This document shows, one piece after another, positions 14,226-22,796 of a DNA stretch of 32,000 bases. Position numbers and translations under genes: made by a program. How positions within the stretch are numbered: position 1 is the first letter of the stretch; the number at the start of each line of letters is the position of its first letter. The DNA is from Candidatus Saccharimonadota bacterium. GTDB lineage: Archaea; Micrarchaeota; Micrarchaeia; Micrarchaeales; Micrarchaeaceae. The stretch covers positions 690,001 through 722,000 of the forward strand of contig OY969114.1 of NCBI GenBank assembly GCA_963698035.1, written 5' to 3'. The notes beneath the pieces are model-generated. The model saw only the letters and a list, made by a program, of their open reading frames with translations, was not told the DNA's origin and did no database searches.

Positions 14226-16598
14226 CTAGGCCTTCGGCTCCACCGACTTAACCCCGTTGCCGTTCGCCTTGGCATCCGAGAATGAGATCTTCTCCGCTTT
14301 CGCCGCTTTCCTGATCTCCTCCAATGCGTTCTGGTCGAGCGCGTCGCGCGATTTGGTGAACAACACCATCTCCTTCAAGTCGCTGTTCAGGGGCATGCCT
14401 TTGTCGTGCCTCATCTTCCTTGCCTCGACAAGCATCCTCGCGCCCAGCTCTCCTGCCTGCGATAGCTTCGAATTGAACGCCATCTGGCCCGGCCATTCCG
14501 ATATGTGTATCGACTTGGCGCTTCCGAGGCCCTCCTTGCCTGCGAAGCCTGATTGGTAGAGCTCCTCGGTTATGAACGGCATGAACGGGGCGAGCAGCTT
14601 CAGGTAGTTGAGGAAGACGACGTTCACAGTATGCTTTGCGGCTGCATCGCCATCATATACCCTCGACTTTACGAATTCGAGGTAGTCGTTAGCGAACTCC
14701 CAGAAACCCTCTTCAGATATCCTCCTCGCCGAGAAGTAGTCGAACTCCTCGAACTTAGCGGTCGCCTCGCTGACAACGGACTGCAGCCTTGAGAGTATCC
14801 AGTTGTCGAATATGCTCTGGCTCGGTGCGCCTGCCACAGACTGGACCTGCGCAGCCTGCTCTATGAACCTTGCCAGGTTCCACATCTTGTTGACCAACCT
14901 CTTCCCGGTCACCAGCGCCTTCTCCTCAAAAAGAGTGTCGAGCCCGAGCACGGATGAGCTCGCCCAGTACCTTACCGGGTCTGCGCCGTATTTCTCCAGG
15001 TACTGCTCGGGACCGGATGCTGATGTAGACTTGTGCATCGGGCTGCCGTCGGGGTTGAGCCCATGCCCGGATATCATGATGCTCTTCCAGGGAATATTGC
15101 CGGTATGGAAATAAGACTTTACAACCGTGGTGAACGCCCAGAACGTTATTATGTCGTGCGCCTGCGGCCTGAGGTCCATTGGGAGTATCTTCTCCATGTA
15201 TTTTCCGTCGGTGGCCCACCTCGCGTTTATCAGGGGGGTCAGCGATGATGTCGCCCACGTGTCCATCGTGTCTGTCTCGGGCGTGAAATCAGAGGAACCG
15301 CACTTGCAGCTCTGCCCCGGCTTGTGGACGAAGGGATCTACGGGCAGCTCGCTCTCCTGCGCGAATGTGGGCTCGCCGCACGCCTTGCAGTACCAGACAG
15401 GGAAGAGCACGCCGAAGTATCTCTGCCTCGATATGCACCAGTCCCACTTGAGGCCGTTTATCCAGTTCTCGAAGCGTATCCTCATGTACTGCGGGTACCA
15501 GGTTATCTGCTGTCCCATCTCGATGAACTTCTCCTTCAGGTCGAGATATTTTATGTACCACTGCGGCTTCACTATGAACTCCACCTTTGTGCCGCACCTG
15601 TCGTGCACATTTGCCACCTGGCTTATCTTCTCCTCCTTCAGGATGAGGCCCCGCTTCCTCAGGTCCTCCACAATCTTGGCGCGTCCCTCGTCTATCGCCA
15701 CTGTCCCATAATACGGGTGATCAAGCCTCCCATCTTTGTTTATTATTATCCTGAGCTGCAGGTTGTACGACTTGTACCACTCTATGTCGGTCTGGTCGCC
15801 GAAGGTGCAGCACATGACTATGCCTGTGCCGAACTCTTTGCTTACCCTGTAATCGGAAAGCACCCCGACCTCCGTCTCGAATACCGGTATCTTTATTTTC
15901 CTTCCGACCAGCGGCTTGTACCTTTCATCGTCGGGGTTTACGAATATCGCGACGCAGGCAGGCAGCAGTTCGGGCCTCGTAGTCGCGATGGCAACATCGT
16001 CTGCGAACCTTATCGTGTATATAGTGGCGTCGAAGTCCCTATCCTCCAGCTCCATCTGGGATATCGCGGTCTTCTCATTGGGGCAGTATATCACCGGCGC
16101 CTCTTTCCTGTAAATCCTCCCAATTTTCAGCAGCTCGAGGAAGGACTTCTGCGATGCCCTCTGGACGTCATCACTCATGGTCTGGTAGAGGAGGCTCCAG
16201 TCTGCAGAGATGCCGAGCCTCTGGAAGAGCTCTATGTACTTCTCGTTGTACGGGGCAATCTCCTTCTTCACCAGCTCGACGAACCGCTCCCTGCCCTCCT
16301 TCTCCGAGGTGGTGTTGAATATCCTCTCTATCAGAAGCTCGGTAGGCAGCCCATTGTTGTCTAGTCCGAAGGGGAAGAACACATTGAAGCCCCGCATCCT
16401 CTTGTATCTCGCCACGAATTCTGACTGGGAATACGAGAAGACGTGCCCCAGGTGGATGTCGCCCGACACAGTGGGGGGCGGCGTGTCTATCGCATATACC
16501 CTCTTTGTGCCGTCCGGGTCGAAATCAAATATACGGTTGTCTGCCCAGAACCTGCGTATCCTTTCCTCTGTTTTTGCATGGTCGTAGTTCTTGTCCAT
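14226..16598 (-). CDS. valS: Valyl-tRNA synthetase (archaeal type)
   Basis: IDTPPPTVSGDIHLGH (HIGH motif), WDWCISRQRYFG, and PMHKSTS...YGADPVRYW (KMSKS region). ATG 16598 (MDKNYDH) preferred over 16622. Confidence 0.88.
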   Translation of the reverse strand: MDKNYDHAKTEERIRRFWADNRIFDFDPDGTKRVYAIDTPPPTVSGDIHLGHVFSYSQSEFVARYKRMRGFNVFFPFGLDNNGLPTELLIERIFNTTSEKEGRERFVELVKKEIAPYNEKYIELFQRLGISADWSLLYQTMSDDVQRASQKSFLELLKIGRIYRKEAPVIYCPNEKTAISQMELEDRDFDATIYTIRFADDVAIATTRPELLPACVAIFVNPDDERYKPLVGRKIKIPVFETEVGVLSDYRVSKEFGTGIVMCCTFGDQTDIEWYKSYNLQLRIIINKDGRLDHPYYGTVAIDEGRAKIVEDLRKRGLILKEEKISQVANVHDRCGTKVEFIVKPQWYIKYLDLKEKFIEMGQQITWYPQYMRIRFENWINGLKWDWCISRQRYFGVLFPVWYCKACGEPTFAQESELPVDPFVHKPGQSCKCGSSDFTPETDTMDTWATSSLTPLINARWATDGKYMEKILPMDLRPQAHDIITFWAFTTVVKSYFHTGNIPWKSIMISGHGLNPDGSPMHKSTSASGPEQYLEKYGADPVRYWASSSVLGLDTLFEEKALVTGKRLVNKMWNLARFIEQAAQVQSVAGAPSQSIFDNWILSRLQSVVSEATAKFEEFDYFSARRISEEGFWEFANDYLEFVKSRVYDGDAAAKHTVNVVFLNYLKLLAPFMPFITEELYQSGFAGKEGLGSAKSIHISEWPGQMAFNSKLSQAGELGARMLVEARKMRHDKGMPLNSDLKEMVLFTKSRDALDQNALEEIRKAAKAEKISFSDAKANGNGVKSVEPKA

Positions 16599-16680
16599 AG
16601 CCGCACCGGGCAACGCATGCAATCAAGGAATGGGATACTACGAATAAAAAGGTTGCTTTGCACTCTAAATACCTCTTCCA

Positions 16681-16696
16681 AAAGAAATAAATATCT
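16681..16696 (+). promoter_or_regulatory. BRE/TATA box
   Basis: AAAGAAATAAATATCTAAAAGG is nearly identical to the 11858-11872 promoter read on its own strand. It lies about 38 nt upstream of GTG 16723 / ATG 16729. Confidence 0.55.
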
Positions 16697-16728
16697 AAAA
16701 GGGTGACAACTGGCACATAGGTGTGTAC

Positions 16729-17079
16729 ATGGTAGAAACGCAACTTACAAGATTGGAGAGCACCGTCTGCGTCCCAGAAATCGGCAAGAGGGCAGGTCAG
16801 CTTGAGGCATTCCAGTACCGTTCCCATATGTGGAGCGTTGAAGAGAGGATAACATATGCAAAATTCTCCGAGAGCGACCCGGGCCAATGCAACCTCGGTG
16901 TGTACCGCGCATGCGATGGAAAGGGCGTTGGAAGATACTTTGTGATCAGGGATTACCTGCTGGCGAACGGAGATCGCGAATTCGAGGTTATAACCGACTT
17001 CAGCCTCAAGAAGCATGTAACCAAATTCAGCGCCAAAGAGCAAGAGCTTCTTCGCAGGCCAATAGTCACCCCTTCCTGA
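16729..17079 (+). CDS. Hypothetical protein (116 aa)
   Basis: The + ORF has a matching promoter and ordinary composition. The overlapping - ORF 16525-17043 has neither. Confidence 0.5.
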   Translation: MVETQLTRLESTVCVPEIGKRAGQLEAFQYRSHMWSVEERITYAKFSESDPGQCNLGVYRACDGKGVGRYFVIRDYLLANGDREFEVITDFSLKKHVTKFSAKEQELLRRPIVTPS

Positions 17080-17165
17080 AGCTTCGCCCTAAGGCAGTAA
17101 TGCCTCTTCAGCGCAGCAAAGCAAGGTATTTAAAAAGGGATTAGGATATATACTCTGGCGGTTAT

Positions 17166-17306
17166 ATGGCAGAAGCATATTGTGTAAAGTGCAGGCAGAA
17201 GAGGGAAATGAAGGATCCAACGGAGGTCACCATGAAGAACGGGAAGATGGCGAAGACAGGAACCTGCCCGGTCTGCGGCACCAAGATGTTCAGGATAGGG
17301 GGCTGA
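17166..17306 (+). CDS. Small zinc-ribbon protein (46 aa), below the ORF-track cutoff
   Basis: Hand translation: MAEAYCVKCRQKREMKDPTEVTMKNGKMAKTGTCPVCGTKMFRIGG, with CxxC...CxxC. The TATA-like GTATTTAAAAAG at 17124-17136 lies about 35 nt upstream. Confidence 0.65.
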   Translation: MAEAYCVKCRQKREMKDPTEVTMKNGKMAKTGTCPVCGTKMFRIGG

Positions 17307-17384
17307 TTACGTAGCCGCTGCCTTAGCGCAGCGCGCCGTTTAGCTGTGCGAGCATCTGGTCTGCTTTTTGTTTACGGCATTTAG

Positions 17385-17399
17385 GCAAGTATAAATATT
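17385..17399 (+). promoter_or_regulatory. BRE/TATA box
   Basis: GCAAGTATAAATATT. The predicted TSS near 17420 leaves a short leader with GAAGGTAG before ATG 17441. Confidence 0.55.
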
Positions 17400-17440
17400 T
17401 GGAAAGCTAATGTTAAGTGCGATGTAGTGAAGGTAGTCAG

Positions 17441-18157
17441 ATGCCAGAAGCCATAAGATCTCCGGATAATACAACAAAATATAGCGCAGAGGTAGCCACG
17501 CCCATTAAAAATTCAGATGAGGGAGGGGTCTTCCGCCTCTCCTTCAGTGCAAACATAAACATGAAAGAGCTCCAAAGAATAATAGCCAAGGACGGCCTCG
17601 GCATATCGATGGTGGAGACGGGCCGCGACATATTCACCTGCAGCAGGAGCCACGGCTTGGTAAAGGACGCGGAGGTGAACGTCAAGATCAGGCAGGATTC
17701 CCTGGAATTCTCCACAACCAACTTCCTCGATGGCCGTAGGGGCAAGCTCGAGGTCTCGATGATGAAGGACATACGCGCTGCCATCTTGGGCGAGAGCGTG
17801 AACCAGAAGGAGGAGCTTATCCACGCGGTCGGCTACTTGTATGCGGGCAGCCGCCCAGATCTAGCAAAGAGGCTGCTGCAAGCGATAGAGCCCGTGGAGC
17901 ACAGCCAAGTCGCTGAGGTAAGCAGGCGGTACAAGAGGGTATTCAGCAATGCCCCCAGGCGCCCGGTCGCACTCGGCATCGCGCGTAAATTAATCGGCGA
18001 GATGCTTACGAAGCTGGAGAATGGCGAGATAAGGGTCAAGATGGATCCGAGCATGGTTGAAATGCTGAAGGATTTGAGGGACGAACTGACAGGCTACCAC
18101 GGACTAGTGAGGAAAGCGAGAACCTACCACGGGATCCTCCCTCCACCCAGGATCTGA
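17441..18157 (+). CDS. Hypothetical protein (238 aa), no family recognised
   Basis: Long clean ORF. ATG 17441 preferred over the track GTG 17417 on promoter spacing and an SD-like GAAGGT. Confidence 0.6.
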   Translation: MPEAIRSPDNTTKYSAEVATPIKNSDEGGVFRLSFSANINMKELQRIIAKDGLGISMVETGRDIFTCSRSHGLVKDAEVNVKIRQDSLEFSTTNFLDGRRGKLEVSMMKDIRAAILGESVNQKEELIHAVGYLYAGSRPDLAKRLLQAIEPVEHSQVAEVSRRYKRVFSNAPRRPVALGIARKLIGEMLTKLENGEIRVKMDPSMVEMLKDLRDELTGYHGLVRKARTYHGILPPPRI

Positions 18158-18252
18158 TATTTGATTTAGACAATTTACATTATCAGATTGCGCTGCAAAG
18201 CTCAAGCTAGGGTACGAATGTAAGAAAAGCATTCCAAGATTCGGATGCGCCC

Positions 18253-18444
18253 TTAAATCTTCTTTACGTGCTGTGCGTTCAGTCCACGTTCGCCCGACGC
18301 TACCTCGTATTCAACAGCGTCGCCGACCGCCAGTGTCGCGCCTCCTTCAATCGAGGCAACGTTCACATACACGTCCTTTCCGTCTTCTCCTGTGATGAAT
18401 CCAAAGCCGCGTGCGGCATTGAACATCTTCACTTTTCCTTTCAT
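18253..18444 (-). CDS. csp: Cold-shock domain protein (bacterial CspA type)
   Basis: MKGKVKMFNAARGFGFITGEDGKDVYVNVASIEG...GDAVEYEV, with RNP1-like GFGFI. The true start is M18 of the track ORF. Confidence 0.85.
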   Translation of the reverse strand: MKGKVKMFNAARGFGFITGEDGKDVYVNVASIEGGATLAVGDAVEYEVASGERGLNAQHVKKI

Positions 18445-18521
18445 TATATCACTTTCATATATTGCTTCGAAAGATGAGTTTATAACGGTTTGCATGACGG
18501 GTGCGGGGGCGTGGTCTATAA

Positions 18522-19484
18522 TCAGAGTACGACTTCATCCGAATCAATGTAACTGTCAACTGCATCGTTCGATACCTGGAACTTGAGCCTGATCCCCACC
18601 TTCAACATCTTCCTGTTGCTCAAATAGGTATTCGCTATGTCGCCAGGCCAGCCCTGCACTCCTCCGGTATGGTGTATTTTGGCCCTTTGGGCGACCTTGT
18701 TGATAAGCCTCTTCGCTATGTAATCCACGGATGTCTGCCCCTTTGTAGCAAGGTTGTAGACATTGCCCCGGTCTCTTGACCCTGCGTATATCTCCATCAT
18801 TGCGTTGACGCAGTCCTGCACGTCTATGTAGGACTTTCTCTGCTTCCCGTTGCCTAGCACCTCGAGCCCCCTCGGGTTCTTCCTCAGCTTTCTCAGGAAG
18901 TCGATGACGACCCCGTGGGTGGCGTTCCTTCCGATGACGTTGGCGAACCTGTATATGTAGTAGTCCATGCCATAGAGGTGGGAGAACGAGGTGATGAGCG
19001 CCTCCGACGCGAGCTTCGATGCGCCATAGAGCGATATGGGAAGGAGGGGGCCATACTCTTCAGGCGTGGGCAGCACGTCGGCAATCCCGTAGACGACGCT
19101 CGATGATGAGAACATTATATCATGAATGTCGTTCCGCCTCGCCTCCTCAAGCACGTTGTACGTTGCTATCGTGCCCTGCTCTAGGTCCAGGCTGGTCTGC
19201 TTGGTCCCCAGTGCCACGTCAGGGTTTGCCGCCAGGTGTATCACCAGGTCTATCTCGCTGCCCCCCATCGCCTTCGAGAGCCTCTCTCTATCAAGCAGGT
19301 CTGCCTTGTGGAACAGGAAATTCTTCCTTCCGGCCAGCGGCTTTACAAGTTCATATCTGCCGCTGCCCAGGTTGTCATATACGATCACTTTGGCGCCCGC
19401 GTGCACAAGAAGCTCGCACATGTTGCTGCCCACAAAGCCCGCACCGCCGGTGACAAAAACAGTCTTTCCAGCAAGTCCCTTCAT
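18522..19484 (-). CDS. NAD-dependent epimerase/dehydratase (extended SDR, UDP-glucose 4-epimerase-like)
   Basis: VFVTGGAGFVGSN Rossmann motif and catalytic YGASKLASE. Confidence 0.8.
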   Translation of the reverse strand: MKGLAGKTVFVTGGAGFVGSNMCELLVHAGAKVIVYDNLGSGRYELVKPLAGRKNFLFHKADLLDRERLSKAMGGSEIDLVIHLAANPDVALGTKQTSLDLEQGTIATYNVLEEARRNDIHDIMFSSSSVVYGIADVLPTPEEYGPLLPISLYGASKLASEALITSFSHLYGMDYYIYRFANVIGRNATHGVVIDFLRKLRKNPRGLEVLGNGKQRKSYIDVQDCVNAMMEIYAGSRDRGNVYNLATKGQTSVDYIAKRLINKVAQRAKIHHTGGVQGWPGDIANTYLSNRKMLKVGIRLKFQVSNDAVDSYIDSDEVVL

Positions 19485-19572
19485 ATAACCAATCGGTATA
19501 CGGCAGGCAATCTTAAAAGACCATAGCTGCCGCTACCCTATTTGGAAAAATTAGAATAGGAAAAATTATCGC

Positions 19573-19863
19573 TTAAGAGATTATCTCTCCCACTGCGAAC
19601 CTTTCCTTGACTTCGGAGATCCTGACCTTTACAGTGTCGCCTTCATTGGCTCCCTTGATAAAGATCACGAAACCGTCCTTCTTGGCTATGCCGTCTCCCT
19701 TTGATGCGACCGCCTCGATCTTCACTTCGACTTCGTCTCCTACCTTCACTGGCTTCGGTGCGAAGCTGCTTGACGACCCGCCATAGCCTCCCCTTCCTCT
19801 GCCTCCTCCGCGGCCTCCTTCATAGTAGCCGCCCGTACCTTCGTCTTGATTCATGTATTTCAC
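19573..19863 (-). CDS. Small TRAM-domain RNA-binding protein with an N-terminal Gly/Arg/Tyr-rich (RGG-like) extension
   Basis: GGYYEGGRGGGRGRGGYGGSSSSF followed by PVKVGDEVEVKIEAVASKGDGIAKKDGFVIFIKGANEGDTVKVRISEVKERFAVGEII. Alternative start ATG 19854. Confidence 0.8.
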   Translation of the reverse strand: MKYMNQDEGTGGYYEGGRGGGRGRGGYGGSSSSFAPKPVKVGDEVEVKIEAVASKGDGIAKKDGFVIFIKGANEGDTVKVRISEVKERFAVGEIIS

Positions 19864-20046
19864 TTATTTGTTTTATTTACGTCAGAATTAGAGATGTTAT
19901 ACCTTCCTTCTTACGTAGTATTATATCGTAGCTCATGATATAAAAATGTTTGCATCATGGGTATTGTCAATTAACTCCCCACCTGACTTCATCTTATAAC
20001 CTTCGTCGCATTCATTACCTGAACCTAATATTTTATTAGCAACGAA

Positions 20047-20685
20047 TTATCCAAAAACCAAGACATAAATTCCTACTAAGGCTATAACCACTCCTACAAG
20101 TACATCATTATATTTAGGGTGCATATGTTCAATCCTTTTGGAAAAGCGAGAATGCTCTACCAAAAGATGCCCTAATCCAACCATGATAAGTAAGGTAGTA
20201 AGCGAACTTATGCCAAAGACTATTGCGGTGGACACTGCAAAGTTGAATCCTACCGGTATTGCAAGGAGAAATATTGGAAGTATGGAAAGGTCTGGAGAAA
20301 GTGCTGCACCAAGAACAGCAAAATAACTAATTCCTTTCTTTAGACGCTCCTCCCCGTGTTTTTTGTAGTCAAAATCCTCTTTTGTACAGAGAGCTTTTAT
20401 GGAATACAAGCTCCCTGCAATAAGCATTATCAATCCTATTGCGTAAGTCATATAAACAAAAAGCGATTTTGGAAAGAGCAGGCCCAACGAAACTATTGTA
20501 AAGCCCAGAATTATAGAAAGTGCTACATGTCCTATACCTGTTATGGTGCTAATTTTGATGAGTTTAGAGTGTTCCCACTTCCGTGATTTTCCTAATATTG
20601 ACAGAGTAGCCCAGTGGTCCGGTGCGGACATATGCAATATGCCTACCAATGCGGCTGCAAAAAGCAAAGCAATAGTTGAAATCAT
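20047..20685 (-). CDS. Polytopic membrane protein, possibly a NicO/RcnA-like nickel/cobalt transporter
   Basis: Six or more hydrophobic segments. The N-terminal LHMSAPDHW resembles the H-x3-(P/D)-(D/G)-H signature of Ni/Co transporters, and the gene lies next to the hydrogenase maturation genes. Confidence 0.45.
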   Translation of the reverse strand: MISTIALLFAAALVGILHMSAPDHWATLSILGKSRKWEHSKLIKISTITGIGHVALSIILGFTIVSLGLLFPKSLFVYMTYAIGLIMLIAGSLYSIKALCTKEDFDYKKHGEERLKKGISYFAVLGAALSPDLSILPIFLLAIPVGFNFAVSTAIVFGISSLTTLLIMVGLGHLLVEHSRFSKRIEHMHPKYNDVLVGVVIALVGIYVLVFG

Positions 20686-20806
20686 GCCATCTTAACTATA
20701 CGTCTGCACTAAGTTTTATTAGACTTGTCCATCTGTTTCTTTCTGCTCCTATATCAATACCAGAAACCTTTTTATCCTGTTATTACAATCAATAATTAGT
20801 GGAAAC

Positions 20807-21004
20807 ATGTGTCAAGCGCCTGTTGGCAAGGTGGTAGCGGTAGACAAAGACCGGCTGGTCGTCGAGTATAGGGGCAAGCGGAGGGAGCTTAGGTCAAAGC
20901 TCGCCAACGTGAGCGGGGGCGACTACGTCCTCTTTTCTGTCGATATAGCCATAGAAAAGATCGACCCGGAGGAAGCCCAAGAGATTCTGGGGAGCATGCT
21001 ATGA
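20807..21004 (+). CDS. hypC: Hydrogenase maturation chaperone HypC/HupF
   Basis: Starts MCQAPVGKVV (Cys2) and contains GDYVLFSVDIAIEKIDPEEA. Confidence 0.85.
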   Translation: MCQAPVGKVVAVDKDRLVVEYRGKRRELRSKLANVSGGDYVLFSVDIAIEKIDPEEAQEILGSML

Positions 21005-21504
21005 AAATAGCAAGCAGCAAGGACAGGCTGCTGTTTCTAAAATACGCGCTGCCCTGCGCAAGCACCCTTGTCAAGAGGGGGAAGGCCTCACAAGAGTACG
21101 TGGATAGCCTTGTGGAGCTCGTGTCCAGCGGGAAAGTACCAGAAGAGAGTGCGGAATCGATGTTCAAGGTCGCCAATGCCATGTGCGAGAGCATAGGGAG
21201 AAGAATGGGAAAGGAGGAAATTGACAGCGACGTGATAAGGCAGTACTTTTTGCTTGAGCATAGCGAAGTCGTAGATGATAGGTATGCACTTATGGGGGAT
21301 TTCAACCCTGCCGACTGCAAAACGTATTCAGGCAAAGTGATTGAAGTAACGGCCGATTCTGCAATAGTCGAAACCAAGCTTGGAAGGAGAAGATACAGGA
21401 CAACCTTCGTAAAGGAGGTAAAGAAAGGGGGAATTGTTGTTGTGCACTGGAATTTTGTGATAGAGAAGGCGCCGGAGGAGTTCGTAAGCAGAATGAGCAA
21501 GTGA
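21001..21504 (+). CDS. Two-domain protein: unknown ~105-aa helical N-domain plus a C-terminal HypC-paralog barrel
   Basis: Residues 105-167 (DCKTYSGKVIEVTADSAIVETKLGRRRYRTTFVKEVKKGGIVVVHWNFVIEKAPEE) align directly to the adjacent HypC (C, GKV, VE, RR, GG, IEK, PEE). ATGA overlap with the hypC stop. Confidence 0.6.
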   Translation: MKIASSKDRLLFLKYALPCASTLVKRGKASQEYVDSLVELVSSGKVPEESAESMFKVANAMCESIGRRMGKEEIDSDVIRQYFLLEHSEVVDDRYALMGDFNPADCKTYSGKVIEVTADSAIVETKLGRRRYRTTFVKEVKKGGIVVVHWNFVIEKAPEEFVSRMSK

Positions 21505-21508
21505 CTTT

Positions 21509-22420
21509 GTGGAAAAGGAGAAGAAGGGGGTAATCCTCGCGATACTCGCTGCGGTGATAAGCGGGATCTCGATACCCCTGAATAAGCTTTTCATAGTGAA
21601 CCTCGATCCCACGGTCTTTACAGCCGTAAGAGCGATCATAATAGGCGCCATATTCCTTGCCGTGGTCACATTCCAGTCAGGATTTGATTACAAGAAGTTC
21701 AAACACGTACCGTGGAAATATCTTATTGCGATAGGGGTGATGGGTGGGGCGTTCGCGTTTCTACTGTACTTCACCGGATTGCAACTGACAGAGGCGAGCA
21801 CCGCCGCGTTTCTCCATGATGGGACGCTGCCATTATTTACGACCCTCCTTGCCTTCATATTCCTGAGGGAACGGATAAGCAAGAAGATGGCATACGCAAT
21901 GGCGGCAATGCTGGCAGGCGTAATAATACTCTATGCATCACAGGTAGCCCCATCTCAGTTTTGGCCAAACCCCCAACTCGGCGACATTTTGATAATAGCC
22001 GCCGTTGCGCTCTGGGCGGTGGAGTACGTCATTGCCAAAAAGGCTATGTCGCTCGGGGAAACAAACTTCGTGGTCTCGTTTGCGAGGATGTTCTTCGGCG
22101 GCATAATACTATTCGGATTTGTGCTGCTTTTCGGGAAGCTCAGCATTCTGCTAACGCTTTCTATCCAGCAGTGGACCAACATACTAATCTCTACTGCGCT
22201 GCTCTTCGGATACGTTCTTTTCTGGTACTGGAGTATAAAGATTATAAACGTATCAAAAGCATCTGTATTATTTCTGTTGGCGCCTGTGATATCGCTCATC
22301 GCAAGCATAATAATATTTAACGAGTATCCCCAGGCGCTGCAACTTGTCGGCTCCGCCATAATATTGGTCGGTGCCTACTTCCTCATAGGTGTGAAAAGTG
22401 GCCATAGAAAAGAGGCATAA
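21509..22420 (+). CDS. EamA/DMT-superfamily transporter (10 TM)
   Basis: Two EamA-like halves, hydrophobic throughout. GTG start 5 nt after the previous stop. Confidence 0.75.
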   Translation: MEKEKKGVILAILAAVISGISIPLNKLFIVNLDPTVFTAVRAIIIGAIFLAVVTFQSGFDYKKFKHVPWKYLIAIGVMGGAFAFLLYFTGLQLTEASTAAFLHDGTLPLFTTLLAFIFLRERISKKMAYAMAAMLAGVIILYASQVAPSQFWPNPQLGDILIIAAVALWAVEYVIAKKAMSLGETNFVVSFARMFFGGIILFGFVLLFGKLSILLTLSIQQWTNILISTALLFGYVLFWYWSIKIINVSKASVLFLLAPVISLIASIIIFNEYPQALQLVGSAIILVGAYFLIGVKSGHRKEA

Positions 22421-22796
22421 GATACTTGTGTTCGGGAATTTACTGTTGAAGAACGACAGCATGCCCCTGCGACTAATTAGCAATCTTGCAAAAGAATTCC
22501 CATACATAGAGTTTAAGGCGTTTGATCCGAACGAAAACATGGAAAATGAGGGGAGAGAGATGAATATCATAGACACCGTAGAAGGTATAGAAAAGGTCAC
22601 GCTTATCACCGATATAGATTCGATAAAAATCAATCGTATACTGACAATGCACGACTTTGACCTTGGATACAATCTGAAGCTTCTAAAAAAGCTCAATTAC
22701 ATCGATAGAGTGATGGTATTCGGGGTGCCGATGAAGATTAAAAAAGAGGAAGCGCTCAGGCAGCTCAGGGAACTAATCAACGCCAATTTATCTTAA
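22398..22796 (+). CDS. [NiFe]-hydrogenase maturation endopeptidase (HycI/HybD/FrhD family)
   Basis: KILVFGNLLLKNDSMPLRL, NIIDTVEG and TMHDFDLG match the conserved acidic/acidic/His metal-binding positions. Overlaps the EamA gene end. Confidence 0.7.
   Translation: MAIEKRHKILVFGNLLLKNDSMPLRLISNLAKEFPYIEFKAFDPNENMENEGREMNIIDTVEGIEKVTLITDIDSIKINRILTMHDFDLGYNLKLLKKLNYIDRVMVFGVPMKIKKEEALRQLRELINANLS

Noticed and set aside
14248-16587. Long + and alternative-frame ORFs over valS (e.g. 15324-16364, 346 aa; 15127-15711; 16210-16587)
   Set aside because: They overlap a confidently identified ValRS gene. Their Leu/Arg/Pro-rich compositions are typical of antisense or off-frame translation of a GC-richer gene.
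16525-17043. 172-aa minus-strand ORF overlapping the 16729-17079 + ORF
   Set aside because: It has no promoter-like sequence in the right place, and it would run into the valS promoter region. The + ORF has a consensus BRE/TATA at the correct distance. Still, neither ORF has a recognisable family.
22777-22796. 20-nt convergent overlap of the protease and hydrogenase large-subunit 3' ends (and the 50-nt overlap at 30873-30922)
   Set aside because: Short convergent 3' overlaps are common in compact genomes. The ParB-like C-terminal tail may simply be over-extended, and nothing indicates a functional antisense relationship.
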